From NCBI GenBank assembly GCA_007376395.1, contig VMGE01000004.1:70431-134430 (forward strand): a DNA stretch of 64,000 nucleotides. The letters are read 5' to 3'. Origin of the DNA: Microgenomates group bacterium Gr01-1014_5. GTDB taxonomy: Bacteria; Patescibacteriota; Microgenomatia; UBA8517; UBA10165. Made by a program: the position numbers and the translations under genes. The first letter of the stretch is position 1; every line of letters starts with the position of its first letter. A model generated the notes under the pieces. That model was not told the DNA's origin. It saw nothing but the letters and a program-made list of their open reading frames with translations, and did no database searches. This document shows positions 29,297 through 39,191 of this stretch, in pieces.

Positions 29297-31084
29297 TTAC
29301 GGCACTATCTCCCTCCAGACTTTGCCTTTGCGCAGAAGCTCACGGGGGAAGGTGAGGAGGAGGTCAGGGGCATATTCAAAGTATTCTGATGCCGTAGTTG
29401 AGTTTTGTCCTGCTCCTAAATCACGTTCTAGTGCCACTCCACCCCAGGCAATGACAGAACCTCTGACATATAGGCGGGAGCTTCCTGCCCCTGTGGAGAA
29501 CAGGCCGTCAGTCAGGAAGATTCCTTCCAAGCTCGGGTTGTTAGGATGTGAGACCTGAGGGTCAAGAGTTAAATTTCCTTTAACGATTGCCCCAAAGAAG
29601 CCAACGCCATCCTCAATGGTAATGTTGTTGCCGATGGTTAAATTACCGTTAACAATTAATATTATTTTTTCAGTCATCTCGTTTAGATTACTATTGGTTG
29701 ATAAATCTCCGTTGCGGTAATTCCAGAAGTAACCATCGGGGCGCTTTTTGTTTTCGTTTTTCAGTTGGCTGACATTAATGGTCGCTGTGTCAATGGCATA
29801 TATAGGGTTGGTAAACACTTCCGGAGGGACACTGCCTGTAAAGTATTCATAGTTATACTCGCGGCCAGTGTAAGGTAAAGGAGTAATCTGCGCCTTCCAG
29901 TCTTTGGAAGAGAGAGTCCCTGCCCCTGTACTGAGTGTTCCAGAGTAAGCTACAACCCCGGGATAACCTCCTGCCCCATCTTTAATTAGTTCGTAGGCAG
30001 AACTCGGAATTGTCGACCTAATGTCTCCTTGGGAGATTAAGTCTCCGTCTTTCACCTGCCACCAGGCAGGAAGGTTGGCACACACTCCCCCCAGGCATTG
30101 CAAATCCCCACTGCAGGACGAACCGGAACAGCACTGTTGGGCAAAAGCGCCGCATGCAACACACACACCGCTTTGACAAATTTGTCCATTACTGCAACCG
30201 GGCTGGCTAAGGCAAGGTGACTGGGTATATGCAGTATCAGTGCATGATCCGCCTCCGCTATAGGTATTGTACGTGCAGGTTTGACTGCCTCCTCCCCCGC
30301 ACTGGAGACTGCAGGTAGAGCAGTTGCTAGCGCCTTGATCACAGGCAGGAGTTACAGGAGGACCCCCGCCCCCAGGCGGAGTTCCCGGAGCATCGCAAGT
30401 CGGGTTGCAATTATTGCCCGTACAGTTGCAGTAAAGCTGACCGGTACAGCAGGTGAGAGAGCCGACATAGAAGCCGCAGTTGCCTTGAGCGGGAACAGTG
30501 GTGCAAGCACCTCCACTACTTGGAGACGGGCTGGGAGAAGCAGTGGTGCCACCACCAGAAACACATTGAGCTGCGGTTGCCCCGCTGTTGCATTGGGAGT
30601 AGCAAGTGCACCAGGCGTCTCCCGGAGCAGTAAATGTCCCATAATATCCACAGTTCGCATCCCACTGTCCTGCGGTACAACCTCTGCAATTAACAGAATC
30701 AAAGTAACCACTTGTGCATACTGGAGAAGGGGATGGGGAAGCAGTTGTTGCCCCGCCAGTACCGCCGCACCCGCTACAGTCTCCTCCGCAGGGGCCGGGA
30801 GGGTTGTTAGACTGTGATCTGCGGCAAAATCCGTCGCAATAGAAATATTCACACTGACTTGGAGGCGTGGTAGTTGTACAAGATCCCTCACCCCATGTAT
30901 CTACACAGTTTTCTCCGTTCTCATCACAGGTTGTGGTACGTTCTCTACCCGTACACTCCCCTCCTGGACAATCGATATCACTTGTACAACCCGCCGAAGA
31001 ACTTGCAGGGAATAAAAAGAAGGACGCGAAAAACAAAACAAAGAGGGTGGACAGAAACAAGGAAATTATATGTACTTTTCTCAT
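29297..31084 (-). CDS. Secreted Cys-rich surface protein with beta-rich C-terminal domain ending WREIVP
   Basis: Signal peptide, dozens of Cys, TTASPSPSP linkers, AWWQVKDGD start of the C-domain, F.Y.PDL...WREIVP end. Confidence 0.88.
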   Translation of the reverse strand: MRKVHIISLFLSTLFVLFFASFFLFPASSSAGCTSDIDCPGGECTGRERTTTCDENGENCVDTWGEGSCTTTTPPSQCEYFYCDGFCRRSQSNNPPGPCGGDCSGCGGTGGATTASPSPSPVCTSGYFDSVNCRGCTAGQWDANCGYYGTFTAPGDAWCTCYSQCNSGATAAQCVSGGGTTASPSPSPSSGGACTTVPAQGNCGFYVGSLTCCTGQLYCNCTGNNCNPTCDAPGTPPGGGGPPVTPACDQGASNCSTCSLQCGGGGSQTCTYNTYSGGGSCTDTAYTQSPCLSQPGCSNGQICQSGVCVACGAFAQQCCSGSSCSGDLQCLGGVCANLPAWWQVKDGDLISQGDIRSTIPSSAYELIKDGAGGYPGVVAYSGTLSTGAGTLSSKDWKAQITPLPYTGREYNYEYFTGSVPPEVFTNPIYAIDTATINVSQLKNENKKRPDGYFWNYRNGDLSTNSNLNEMTEKIILIVNGNLTIGNNITIEDGVGFFGAIVKGNLTLDPQVSHPNNPSLEGIFLTDGLFSTGAGSSRLYVRGSVIAWGGVALERDLGAGQNSTTASEYFEYAPDLLLTFPRELLRKGKVWREIVP

Positions 31085-31848
31085 TTTGTAATCTTTATCC
31101 CCGCTTCTTTGAGGAGTGAATCTGCAGGTTTAAACCTTCTTATGACGACCCAAGAAGCAATTAAGTTTCCGTTTGCATCTTTTAAGTTGGTATTATTTTT
31201 TGTATCAATCTTCACAGTTACCCCTAAAGTGTCACCTTTAATGATTAATTTACTTAATTGATTCTCTGTTAACTTGCCGATTAAGCTTATCGGGTAAATT
31301 TTTACTCTCTCTGTGTTTTGCGGTTTGGGGATAGTTAAGCTTAAATCTTCAACTCCCAACGCCGTGCCGTAGATGTCTATATCGTTGATGTTTTCTGCTG
31401 CAAAACCAATCCTGATTTTAGGAAAAACAGTTACTTCTCCTTGGGCGTCCCTTGTTTGCAGTTTATCTTCCAGTACTAGATACCTGTCTTTTGAGTTTCC
31501 AATTCCTTCCCACTCGACAAAACTCCCAATTATGTAATCTATGATGTTGTTTTCAGAAACAGACAGCAAAACATCTCCACTCTCGTTTGTTATTTGTGTG
31601 TTTTTGTCGAGTTTGTAAACGCCAACTCCTGCAAATTCGCGGTAACTTATTCCTGTATCGGCGTAATAAAGAGCTCTTCCTGTCTTATCCCCTCTTGAGT
31701 CATACAAGACGTTCTCCTGCGCCTTTATACCCGCTAACCTGAAAAGATAATCTTTGTTGTAAATTACCAGCAGTGCGCTTAAACCAAGAAGCAGAAAGGA
31801 GATTAGTAAAACCAACAAAAACTTACCCTCCTTGAAGTATGAAAGCAT
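31081..31848 (-). CDS. Membrane-anchored hypothetical protein, coupled to the Cys-rich gene
   Basis: N-terminal TM, ATGA overlap at 31081-31084. Confidence 0.8.
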   Translation of the reverse strand: MLSYFKEGKFLLVLLISFLLLGLSALLVIYNKDYLFRLAGIKAQENVLYDSRGDKTGRALYYADTGISYREFAGVGVYKLDKNTQITNESGDVLLSVSENNIIDYIIGSFVEWEGIGNSKDRYLVLEDKLQTRDAQGEVTVFPKIRIGFAAENINDIDIYGTALGVEDLSLTIPKPQNTERVKIYPISLIGKLTENQLSKLIIKGDTLGVTVKIDTKNNTNLKDANGNLIASWVVIRRFKPADSLLKEAGIKITK

Positions 31849-31895
31849 TACTTAATTATTATTCTTGAAGAGTCTATAGTCAAGGAGTTTGTCTA

Positions 31896-33215
31896 TTAAC
31901 GCCAAGTATCTATTCGTTGGGCGTATCCATAACTTGTTGGACCTCCCCTGATGCGCCGCGTTGTATATACTGGATCGCCTTTTTTAAAGTACAGATTCAT
32001 AGCTGTCAATGCAGAAGCTATTTCGGTTGATTTATAATGCGTCCATACCTTGGGGTATCTAGCAATGTAGAACCAAATCGAATCTTGCTCCTGCGGAACA
32101 AAGGATATTTCGTTTATTTCGTTCAAATCGTCTTTATTGGTGGCTATTTTCAGTACTAGATTATTACCGTCTACAGACCAATCAATAAGTTTACCGGAAA
32201 GCTGAAGTGTATGAGTTTTTTCATTTATACCTTCTTTACGATACCAAGGCATGTTTAATGCTTTAGCAACCTGTTCCTCGTCATAGATAAATCCTCCCGG
32301 CGGCAACGGAGGTACATTTACGGTCGGTTCTGTCTTTACCGGTTGTTCAGGTTGAGCCGAGAAATTGCCAAAGTTTAGGTCAGGGGAGGCAAGTTGGGCA
32401 TCGCGTGGGACGAGACCTGCGGCTTTGGCGGCATCTCCGACTAAAATTCTTTGAATTAGTCCGTCTTTTTCCCAGCGCTGAACTGCAATTCTCTGCATTC
32501 TCCAAACTTTGTAGCCGCCGTAGTCCTTGCCTTTTGAAGTAAAAACTCCTACTTCCAGCCCGCTCCTGCGGTAACTATTGGCAAACTCAACAACGTCTGA
32601 GGGAACTCCAAAGATGTCTACTCTGTTTCTAAAGGCTATCTCTAGATTTCCGCCGGATTTATCGTCTACTTGCTCATATGGGGGAACAGTAACTCCCAGG
32701 GAACCGTTATCAAGTTTTGCGTCCAACCCTGCTTTGTTCATTTCGTCCAAAGTGTTCCAAAGGCGGACTTCTCCGGTAGTTGGTTCTTCCTGCACCATTA
32801 AGCCTTGATATCCGAGCATATTAAATCCGTCCGGAGCTTTCCAGGCATTAGTTACCCTGTAGCCAAACTGGTCTACTGTATATTTAGTTTCCGCAACAGC
32901 GCGTATACGGGCAGTAACCTCAGAAACTCCACCGTCTGCCTCTGCAGTCCTAATACCAACACCGAGTGATGAAAGTCTTTCTGCAAGACCGGTGGCAGGA
33001 TTTGTTCCTTTAGCCTCCGAAACAATTGGTTTAGGTGGCTGTGGAACGGTTACCTCAGGGCTAAGAGCTGCTGCTCCTGCAGCAATTGAACTCACTCCCA
33101 CCAGTCGGAGTGCTCTGCTCCAGAAAGAAGGTCTGGTATCTCTGTGTTGGACTGAGCCTGTAACTGTACCTATTTCTTGTCGGCTTGGCATTGGCTTCTC
33201 CTCGGAATCTGGCAT
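31896..33215 (-). CDS. Hypothetical exported protein
   Basis: 439 aa, hydrophobic segment near the N-terminus, Pro-rich linkers. Confidence 0.8.
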   Translation of the reverse strand: MPDSEEKPMPSRQEIGTVTGSVQHRDTRPSFWSRALRLVGVSSIAAGAAALSPEVTVPQPPKPIVSEAKGTNPATGLAERLSSLGVGIRTAEADGGVSEVTARIRAVAETKYTVDQFGYRVTNAWKAPDGFNMLGYQGLMVQEEPTTGEVRLWNTLDEMNKAGLDAKLDNGSLGVTVPPYEQVDDKSGGNLEIAFRNRVDIFGVPSDVVEFANSYRRSGLEVGVFTSKGKDYGGYKVWRMQRIAVQRWEKDGLIQRILVGDAAKAAGLVPRDAQLASPDLNFGNFSAQPEQPVKTEPTVNVPPLPPGGFIYDEEQVAKALNMPWYRKEGINEKTHTLQLSGKLIDWSVDGNNLVLKIATNKDDLNEINEISFVPQEQDSIWFYIARYPKVWTHYKSTEIASALTAMNLYFKKGDPVYTTRRIRGGPTSYGYAQRIDTWR

Positions 33216-33301
33216 ACCTAACTTCTGAATATACTACATTATATCCGGTTTAAGCAAGAGGTGTTAAAATTACTAGAGGTTGAAATTTTCAGCCATGGAA
33301 C

Positions 33302-33871
33302 TCAACGTCTTTCAGGACCAACTGCCCGTCTTCCTAGAACTGATTCAAAAACTAATTGCAATTCCTGCACAATCTCTGCTGCTGGCCGCTCAGAATCAAC
33401 AACTAGATCTGCCTTGTTTATTAGTTCAACCATACCCGCCTCTAACTTCCAGTTGTCAATCAATGCCATTTCCTTTCCTGCTTCTGTTTTATTGGTACCT
33501 AGTCTCCCCTCCATCCTCGCTTCTCGCGTTATTTCCCCAACGGTCAAGGCTATGATGAAAACTTTACAATCTCCAATACTTTCTAATAGAGTTTGAGGAA
33601 TCCGCCGGTCATAAGAACCGTCAATTATGACCGCTTGTCCACTACTTTGCTCTTTAGTGACTCTGACGGTTTCCTGCAACGCTTCATCGAGAATAACTTG
33701 CAACCCTACCGACTCAAGCCAGTGTCTTGTACGTGTGTATCCCTCTCGTTCCGCAAGCTGGTGAAGAATTTCCCGTTCGCCCACAATAGGAATGCCTAAT
33801 CTTTCTCTAAGAAAACGTGCGATTGTTGTTTTACCTGTAGCCGACAAACCTGTAAACAAAAAAATATTCAT
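33302..33871 (-). CDS. P-loop nucleotide kinase (CoaE/adenylate kinase-like); start 33871
   Basis: FTGLSATGKTT, VIIDG, R.ARM..R, ADLVVD. ATGA-coupled to the NUDIX gene. Confidence 0.85.
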   Translation of the reverse strand: MNIFLFTGLSATGKTTIARFLRERLGIPIVGEREILHQLAEREGYTRTRHWLESVGLQVILDEALQETVRVTKEQSSGQAVIIDGSYDRRIPQTLLESIGDCKVFIIALTVGEITREARMEGRLGTNKTEAGKEMALIDNWKLEAGMVELINKADLVVDSERPAAEIVQELQLVFESVLGRRAVGPERR

Positions 33872-34281
33872 AGGTTGAGTAATGTTAATACTTCTTTTAT
33901 ACCCGGAACCAGCTTGGGCATTTTTCGTGCTTGCGCTAGGTTCACCCATTTGTATTCCGAGTGTTCTTTACTTAATAAAATCTTTCCTTTGTAGTGTGTG
34001 AGCATAATAATTCGCAAAAGATGTAGACGTTTTCCTGCAACTGAGAATGTTTTGGAACATACATCAAAACTTTCGGCATCTTTCAATTTAAGTCCCAGTT
34101 CTTCGTCAAGTTCGCGAGCAAGAGTTTCTCTTGGTTGTTCACCAAATTCCATTTTTCCTTCTGGTAGCTGCCAATACTCTTGAAAACTCTTATTGGTTTT
34201 AGAGCGCTTGAGAAGAAGGATTCTTTCTTGAGCATCGCACAGAACGCCAGTCACTAATATAACAAAGCCGTTATCTCTCAC
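33868..34281 (-). CDS. NUDIX hydrolase
   Basis: WQLPEGKMEFGEQPRETLARELDEELG, EHSEYKW. Confidence 0.92.
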   Translation of the reverse strand: MRDNGFVILVTGVLCDAQERILLLKRSKTNKSFQEYWQLPEGKMEFGEQPRETLARELDEELGLKLKDAESFDVCSKTFSVAGKRLHLLRIIMLTHYKGKILLSKEHSEYKWVNLAQARKMPKLVPGIKEVLTLLNL

Positions 34282-34459
34282 AAACCTCCCTTATTTTTTT
34301 TGGGAGCATTGAGAAGATTGTTGCAAGCTCTCTATCGGGATACGCCCTGGAGAGCATGTTGGCCTGGGAATCCATCAGCTGGATATATTTATCTACATTA
34401 CCAAGTAAAATTTTAAGCAGTTCTGAAGAGTGCCCGACGGCCTTTATTATCCCAGCCAT
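34271..34459 (-). CDS. Small hypothetical protein or fragment
   Basis: 62-codon frame overlapping the NUDIX start. Confidence 0.35.
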   Translation of the reverse strand: MAGIIKAVGHSSELLKILLGNVDKYIQLMDSQANMLSRAYPDRELATIFSMLPKKIREVCER

Positions 34460-34534
34460 AGATTTTCTATTATATCCTGCTTGTGCAAGAAGTATCAACA
34501 ATACTACAGGTATGTTTAGGAGTGCAACTTTTTA

Positions 34535-35506
34535 TCAAGAGGGAAAATGAGGAACTCTTAGTATTTTGGAGTTATTGCTTCTAAGAAAGTTTCCAATCCG
34601 ACTCTTATTCCCACAAATAAACTTTTTTATTGTCAATAGAGAAGGCACCGTACTTGCACCTATTCCCCCAAGTTTTTCTTTCTCAGCTATTTTTAAACTC
34701 GCATATAGAGAGGCAAATAAAGCTGCTTCTTTTAAATCTTGATACTGTAGAAAATGTATAATAAAAGCAGTTGCATAGACGTCTCCCGCACCGGACAGGT
34801 TTACAGGCTCATTAGAAGATAACTCAAAGGCCTTGATTCTTATGGGTTCTTTTGGGGTATTTTTATAAACAAGAGATCCATTTCTGCCGCACGTTAGAAC
34901 AGTTACAGAACTATGCATTATTAGCCTCTCGAGCAACAATTTTCGGGAAAAACCACTGTTATTAATAGTAATATCTTCTTCACTAAACACTGTAATTCTA
35001 GAGTAAGAAAGCGAGGATATTTTTCTCCAAACGATTTGTTTAACCTTACCGCTTTTTTGTATCTTACGAAAGTATCCCTGGGGAGTTGCTGTAAAATAAC
35101 CTAATTTTTCTAGAATAGGGAAAAGAGCCTCTTCTACTTCAGCAACAACTGATGCTATTAATATCACTGAGTTGTCTGGAAAACTTGGGAAAAAGTCTAG
35201 ATCTTCAACAGTGATTCTTTCTTGGGTATCGGTAACTACCTGCTCTCGGTTACCATCTTTACTAAAAAAATTTTTAAAGGAGGTTAAACCCTTCTTAATA
35301 TTCGATTGTCGAATGGGTAGCGGATATACAACAATCCCCATTTTTTCAAGTTGACGGACGTATGGATGTTTTTGTGGTATTTTAGTGATGATATGGGCTC
35401 GAAATCCCAGTTTCATTGCAGCAACCGCCGAGTAAACAACCGCCCCTGATACATGGCTTCTCGGCACGATATCTTCAGTCACATGTCCTATTGTATAAAA
35501 ATTCAT
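34535..35506 (-). CDS. PfkB/ribokinase-family kinase
   Basis: IGHVTED, GAVVYSA, PQGYFR, LTCG.NGS, SGAGDVYA. Confidence 0.88.
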   Translation of the reverse strand: MNFYTIGHVTEDIVPRSHVSGAVVYSAVAAMKLGFRAHIITKIPQKHPYVRQLEKMGIVVYPLPIRQSNIKKGLTSFKNFFSKDGNREQVVTDTQERITVEDLDFFPSFPDNSVILIASVVAEVEEALFPILEKLGYFTATPQGYFRKIQKSGKVKQIVWRKISSLSYSRITVFSEEDITINNSGFSRKLLLERLIMHSSVTVLTCGRNGSLVYKNTPKEPIRIKAFELSSNEPVNLSGAGDVYATAFIIHFLQYQDLKEAALFASLYASLKIAEKEKLGGIGASTVPSLLTIKKFICGNKSRIGNFLRSNNSKILRVPHFPS

Positions 35507-35653
35507 AATACAGTTTACCCTAAAGTTTTACCCATCTTACCGCTCGCTGAATACACATCTTATCACATAGGATTTTCAGAATTTACCGTTAATCAATACT
35601 ATAAGTAGATATTGGGGTACGTTGAGGTTATAATTAGCAAATTAGTCGGTTAT

Positions 35654-37315
35654 ATGGGCAAGAAAATAGTGATTGATCCAAAAAGTCGTCTATATTTAGG
35701 TATCGGGGGTTCTACCCACGACTTTTCGGCATGTTTACTAAAAGACGGAAAGATAGTATCCGCAATAGAATCTGAAAGGATTAGTAGGGTAAAACATTCG
35801 CTTGATATGTTCTCTCCCATTAACTCTTCCATAAAATACCTCTTACCTCAAAGAACGAAGATTAATGAGATAAGCTCCTCTGACATTCTCAATATTTATA
35901 ATTGGTATGATTACAAAGATCAAATTAAATTTTACAATCACCACTTATGTCATGCTGCTTCCAGTTTTTTCACAAGTCCGTTTAAAGAAGCAGCAGTCTT
36001 TGTTTGCGATGGATTGGGAAGCTATAATCACACTAGTAAAGGGTATGAATATGAAACCTACTCCTATTACTCTGCAAAGAATAGACATATCAATCTAATA
36101 AAAAAGAATGTTGGCTTCGTGAACGAGCAACTAGATGAAACACACGTACACTCTATTGATGTCCCGAATTCTCTAGGGCTTTTTTACAACACCATAACTA
36201 AGCTTATTGGTTTTGGTTTTTTACAGGACGGCAAGACAATGGGGTTATCAGCTTATGGTAATAGCAATAAATATTACAAACAAATTATAGAATATTTTAG
36301 TTTTAAGCCTAGTGGTATTATTAACATATCTTTTGGCGAAAAAGAGGCTAAGCTGTTCTATGAACAAAACAATAGATATAAGTCATCAAAAACCAGATTG
36401 GAATTTCACGCAAACATTGCTGCGTCAAGTCAAAGGATATTAGAGGAATGTTATTTTTACTGTTTAAATTATCTCTATAAAGTCGCTCCTAATGATAATT
36501 TGTGCATTTCTGGTGGGGTTGCCTTGAATAGTGTCGCGAATGGGAAAATTACTCAGAACACACCTTTTAAAAATATTCACATCTTCCCTGCATGTGGTGA
36601 CGCGGGTATAGCAATCGGATCGGCATATTTATCTTATTATAAAGCGAACCGAAGGAGAGTGCTTGTAAAAAATCAGTCTCCGTTTCTTGGAAAGAATTAT
36701 AGCAAAAGTGCAATCTTATCTGCTCTCCGAGCAAAAAGAGTTAAACATGTCGAAACAACCAATGTCTATACGAAGACCTCAAAGTTACTCACCAACGGTA
36801 AAATAGTCGCGTGGTTTCAAGGCAGATCGGAAATAGGTCCTCGAGCTTTAGGACATAGAAGTATTCTGGTTGACCCGAGAAAAAGATGGATGAAAGACTA
36901 CTTAAACAAAAAAGTTAAAAAGCGGGAACCTTTTCGACCATTTGCGCCAGCGATTTTAGAAGAATATGTGAGTGAATTTTTTGAAAAGTCACGAAGATCT
37001 CCTTATATGCAAGAAGTTTTCACTATTAAAGAACCTATGCAAAAATTTATACCTGCGGTTGTACACGTAGACGGAACAGGAAGGATACAAACAGTCGGTC
37101 CTGATAATGAAAAGTTTTATAGACTTATCAAAAGCTTTTACAAAAACACAGGTGTGCCTGTGGTTTTAAACACTTCGTTTAATGTAAATTCAATGCCAAT
37201 CGTAGAGACTCCAGAAGATGCCATTGAATGCTTCTTGCAGACCAAAATCGATGCACTTGTAATAGGCAACTTTATTTGTACAAAAACAAATGACAATAGA
37301 AAGACCAACAAGTAA
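35654..37315 (+). CDS. O-carbamoyltransferase (NodU/CmcH/TobZ family)
   Basis: HD.SACL, ERISR.KH, HHLCHA, GKTMGLSAYG, GGVALN, GRSEIGPRALG.RSIL, REPFRPFAP, LNTSFN. Confidence 0.95.
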   Translation: MGKKIVIDPKSRLYLGIGGSTHDFSACLLKDGKIVSAIESERISRVKHSLDMFSPINSSIKYLLPQRTKINEISSSDILNIYNWYDYKDQIKFYNHHLCHAASSFFTSPFKEAAVFVCDGLGSYNHTSKGYEYETYSYYSAKNRHINLIKKNVGFVNEQLDETHVHSIDVPNSLGLFYNTITKLIGFGFLQDGKTMGLSAYGNSNKYYKQIIEYFSFKPSGIINISFGEKEAKLFYEQNNRYKSSKTRLEFHANIAASSQRILEECYFYCLNYLYKVAPNDNLCISGGVALNSVANGKITQNTPFKNIHIFPACGDAGIAIGSAYLSYYKANRRRVLVKNQSPFLGKNYSKSAILSALRAKRVKHVETTNVYTKTSKLLTNGKIVAWFQGRSEIGPRALGHRSILVDPRKRWMKDYLNKKVKKREPFRPFAPAILEEYVSEFFEKSRRSPYMQEVFTIKEPMQKFIPAVVHVDGTGRIQTVGPDNEKFYRLIKSFYKNTGVPVVLNTSFNVNSMPIVETPEDAIECFLQTKIDALVIGNFICTKTNDNRKTNK

Positions 37316-38483
37316 TAACGATACAGAAACTCTAAAGACCTACCGTGCGCAACTTGAATTATTTCTCAGAGAACGTGGCTGGGAAAGGAGAGATTGCTCA
37401 AGATGTGAAAGGCAATACTACGCCAAAGGAGTTTCGCAAAATTGTGGAGATTCAACGTGTTGTGGCAGTTTCGAATTTCTCCAAGATGTTAGAAGAGAAA
37501 GATCTCTAACACTTCCTGGGTTAGAAATAGTTGTTCGGAATCACTTCGAGAACGCAGGGTTTGAACTCCATCCTCCTAAATCAATTCTCAACGAAGGTGG
37601 TACAACGTTGTTCACGTCAGCTGGAGTCCAGTTATTAGACGACTGGGTATTAAAGGACGCCAACCCTCCCCGGAGACCTCTTTATGTATCGCAACCCAGC
37701 GTTCGTACACAGCACCTTGACAGTATAGGAGAGGGTAACTCTTTGTCTTTTGTAAATATATGCACAGAGGTTGCTAATGCAACTCCAGAAACACACTTCG
37801 TAAATTTAGACCATTGGCTAGACTGCTTGTCTAGACTTGGTCTATATGTTGGAGATATTACCTTGCACGAGAGGAGGCTAATTCAGCAATGGGGAGATGT
37901 TACACTCAAAAGCGAAATTATAGCCATTTTCTATAAAGGACTAGAGATTGGAGACGGAAACTATAATTATGGCTTTACTCCACAAGCATCCAACGCCACA
38001 TTCATTAGCGACTTTGGTTTTGGACTTGAAAGATTGGCGTGGATTTTGCGTAAAGGTTCGTATTTCGACGGAGTAGGACCATTAAGTGAATCTCTTAAAG
38101 GAAACAGTGTTCTCCAAGAATTAATTAAAACACTAACTTTACTCTCTTCTTATGGACTCGAACCCTCAAATAAAGATAGGGGTTATCGTTTCAGGCTTTT
38201 TGCGAAAAAGCTGGTAGCTCTTACTTTCCCTGAACACTGCGTAGTTTTCCCATTGGCTTCATATTACTATAATTATTGGAAAAACTTTGCTGACTTGCTG
38301 ATCCAACAGGATCTTGTAGTAGACATAATACAAAGAGAGTATGACAGAAACTACAACCAGAGGGTCAACTTATTACTCTCGGCAAAGTCTGATCCTAATT
38401 GCCCAACAGAAGAATATCTCTTAAAATTACTTATGTCCAGAGTTAGCAGAGATGGGATTGCTCAAATACTAAGGGGTAATTAA
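37290..38483 (+). CDS. Truncated alanyl-tRNA synthetase-like protein (catalytic plus helical domains only)
   Basis: N-terminal CxxC...CGD..C, LFTSAGVQ, QPSVR, GLEIG, DFGFGLERL, PSNKDRGY. No editing or C-Ala domain; 397 aa. Confidence 0.85.
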   Translation: MTIERPTSNNDTETLKTYRAQLELFLRERGWERRDCSRCERQYYAKGVSQNCGDSTCCGSFEFLQDVRRERSLTLPGLEIVVRNHFENAGFELHPPKSILNEGGTTLFTSAGVQLLDDWVLKDANPPRRPLYVSQPSVRTQHLDSIGEGNSLSFVNICTEVANATPETHFVNLDHWLDCLSRLGLYVGDITLHERRLIQQWGDVTLKSEIIAIFYKGLEIGDGNYNYGFTPQASNATFISDFGFGLERLAWILRKGSYFDGVGPLSESLKGNSVLQELIKTLTLLSSYGLEPSNKDRGYRFRLFAKKLVALTFPEHCVVFPLASYYYNYWKNFADLLIQQDLVVDIIQREYDRNYNQRVNLLLSAKSDPNCPTEEYLLKLLMSRVSRDGIAQILRGN

Positions 38484-38489
38484 TATTAT

Positions 38490-39191
38490 ATGATCTTATT
38501 CTTATCAGGGGGTGGCAATAGTAAAGATTCTAAAGAACTCGATAAAAGATTTTTAGATCTTTTGCCCAACAAGAAATTTCTCTATATACCAGTCGCTCTC
38601 GAGGGAGAGCAAAATTATTCTTATCGAAAGTGCTACGAGTGGATTAAAGACGTTTTTTCAATACTGACTAGTAATTCACCGAATATAACAATGTTGACGG
38701 ATTTGGCCTCGGCTAACATGGACTTCTTAAAATCTTTTGACGCCATATACATAGGAGGAGGAAATACATACAAGTTAATAGGTCGTATGGCGGAAAGTAA
38801 ATTTAATAAATTATTACTTGCGTTTGTCAAAAACGGTAAACCAGTGTATGGAGGGAGTGCTGGAGCTATAATATTCGGAAAAAGTATTGCTACGGTTGAA
38901 GAAGAGAATGTAAACAATTCTAGTTCTGACCAGGGATTAAATTTACTGAAGGGTTTTTCTGTAAAATGTCACTATAGAAATACAAAAAGTGAAGTCGATT
39001 TAATTAATAACTTTATCAAGCAGAGAAATGGTGGGGTATTTGCTCTTCCAGAACAAACAGGTTTAATCATTACAAACACCTCAATTGAAGTTGTGGGAAA
39101 TAAGCCTGCTTATGTCTTCTCAAACAAACGACGCGGATCTGCAAAAAATATAGGTAAACTTATCCGAACAGGAAGTTTTGTGTATTTATAG
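38490..39191 (+). CDS. Peptidase E (S51 family)
   Basis: YIGGGNT, YGGSAGA (catalytic Ser), CHY. Confidence 0.9.
   Translation: MILFLSGGGNSKDSKELDKRFLDLLPNKKFLYIPVALEGEQNYSYRKCYEWIKDVFSILTSNSPNITMLTDLASANMDFLKSFDAIYIGGGNTYKLIGRMAESKFNKLLLAFVKNGKPVYGGSAGAIIFGKSIATVEEENVNNSSSDQGLNLLKGFSVKCHYRNTKSEVDLINNFIKQRNGGVFALPEQTGLIITNTSIEVVGNKPAYVFSNKRRGSAKNIGKLIRTGSFVYL

Noticed and set aside
30281-30891. Long alternative-frame ORFs in the Cys-rich gene, and similar shadows such as 43808-44545 and 4782-5300
   Set aside because: Antisense or off-frame shadows of well-supported genes in GC-rich or low-complexity coding DNA.
33274-33298. Possible fifth WREIxP tip (minus strand TGG CTG AAA ATT TCA...)
   Set aside because: Needs two indels and several substitutions, so it is not distinguishable from chance.
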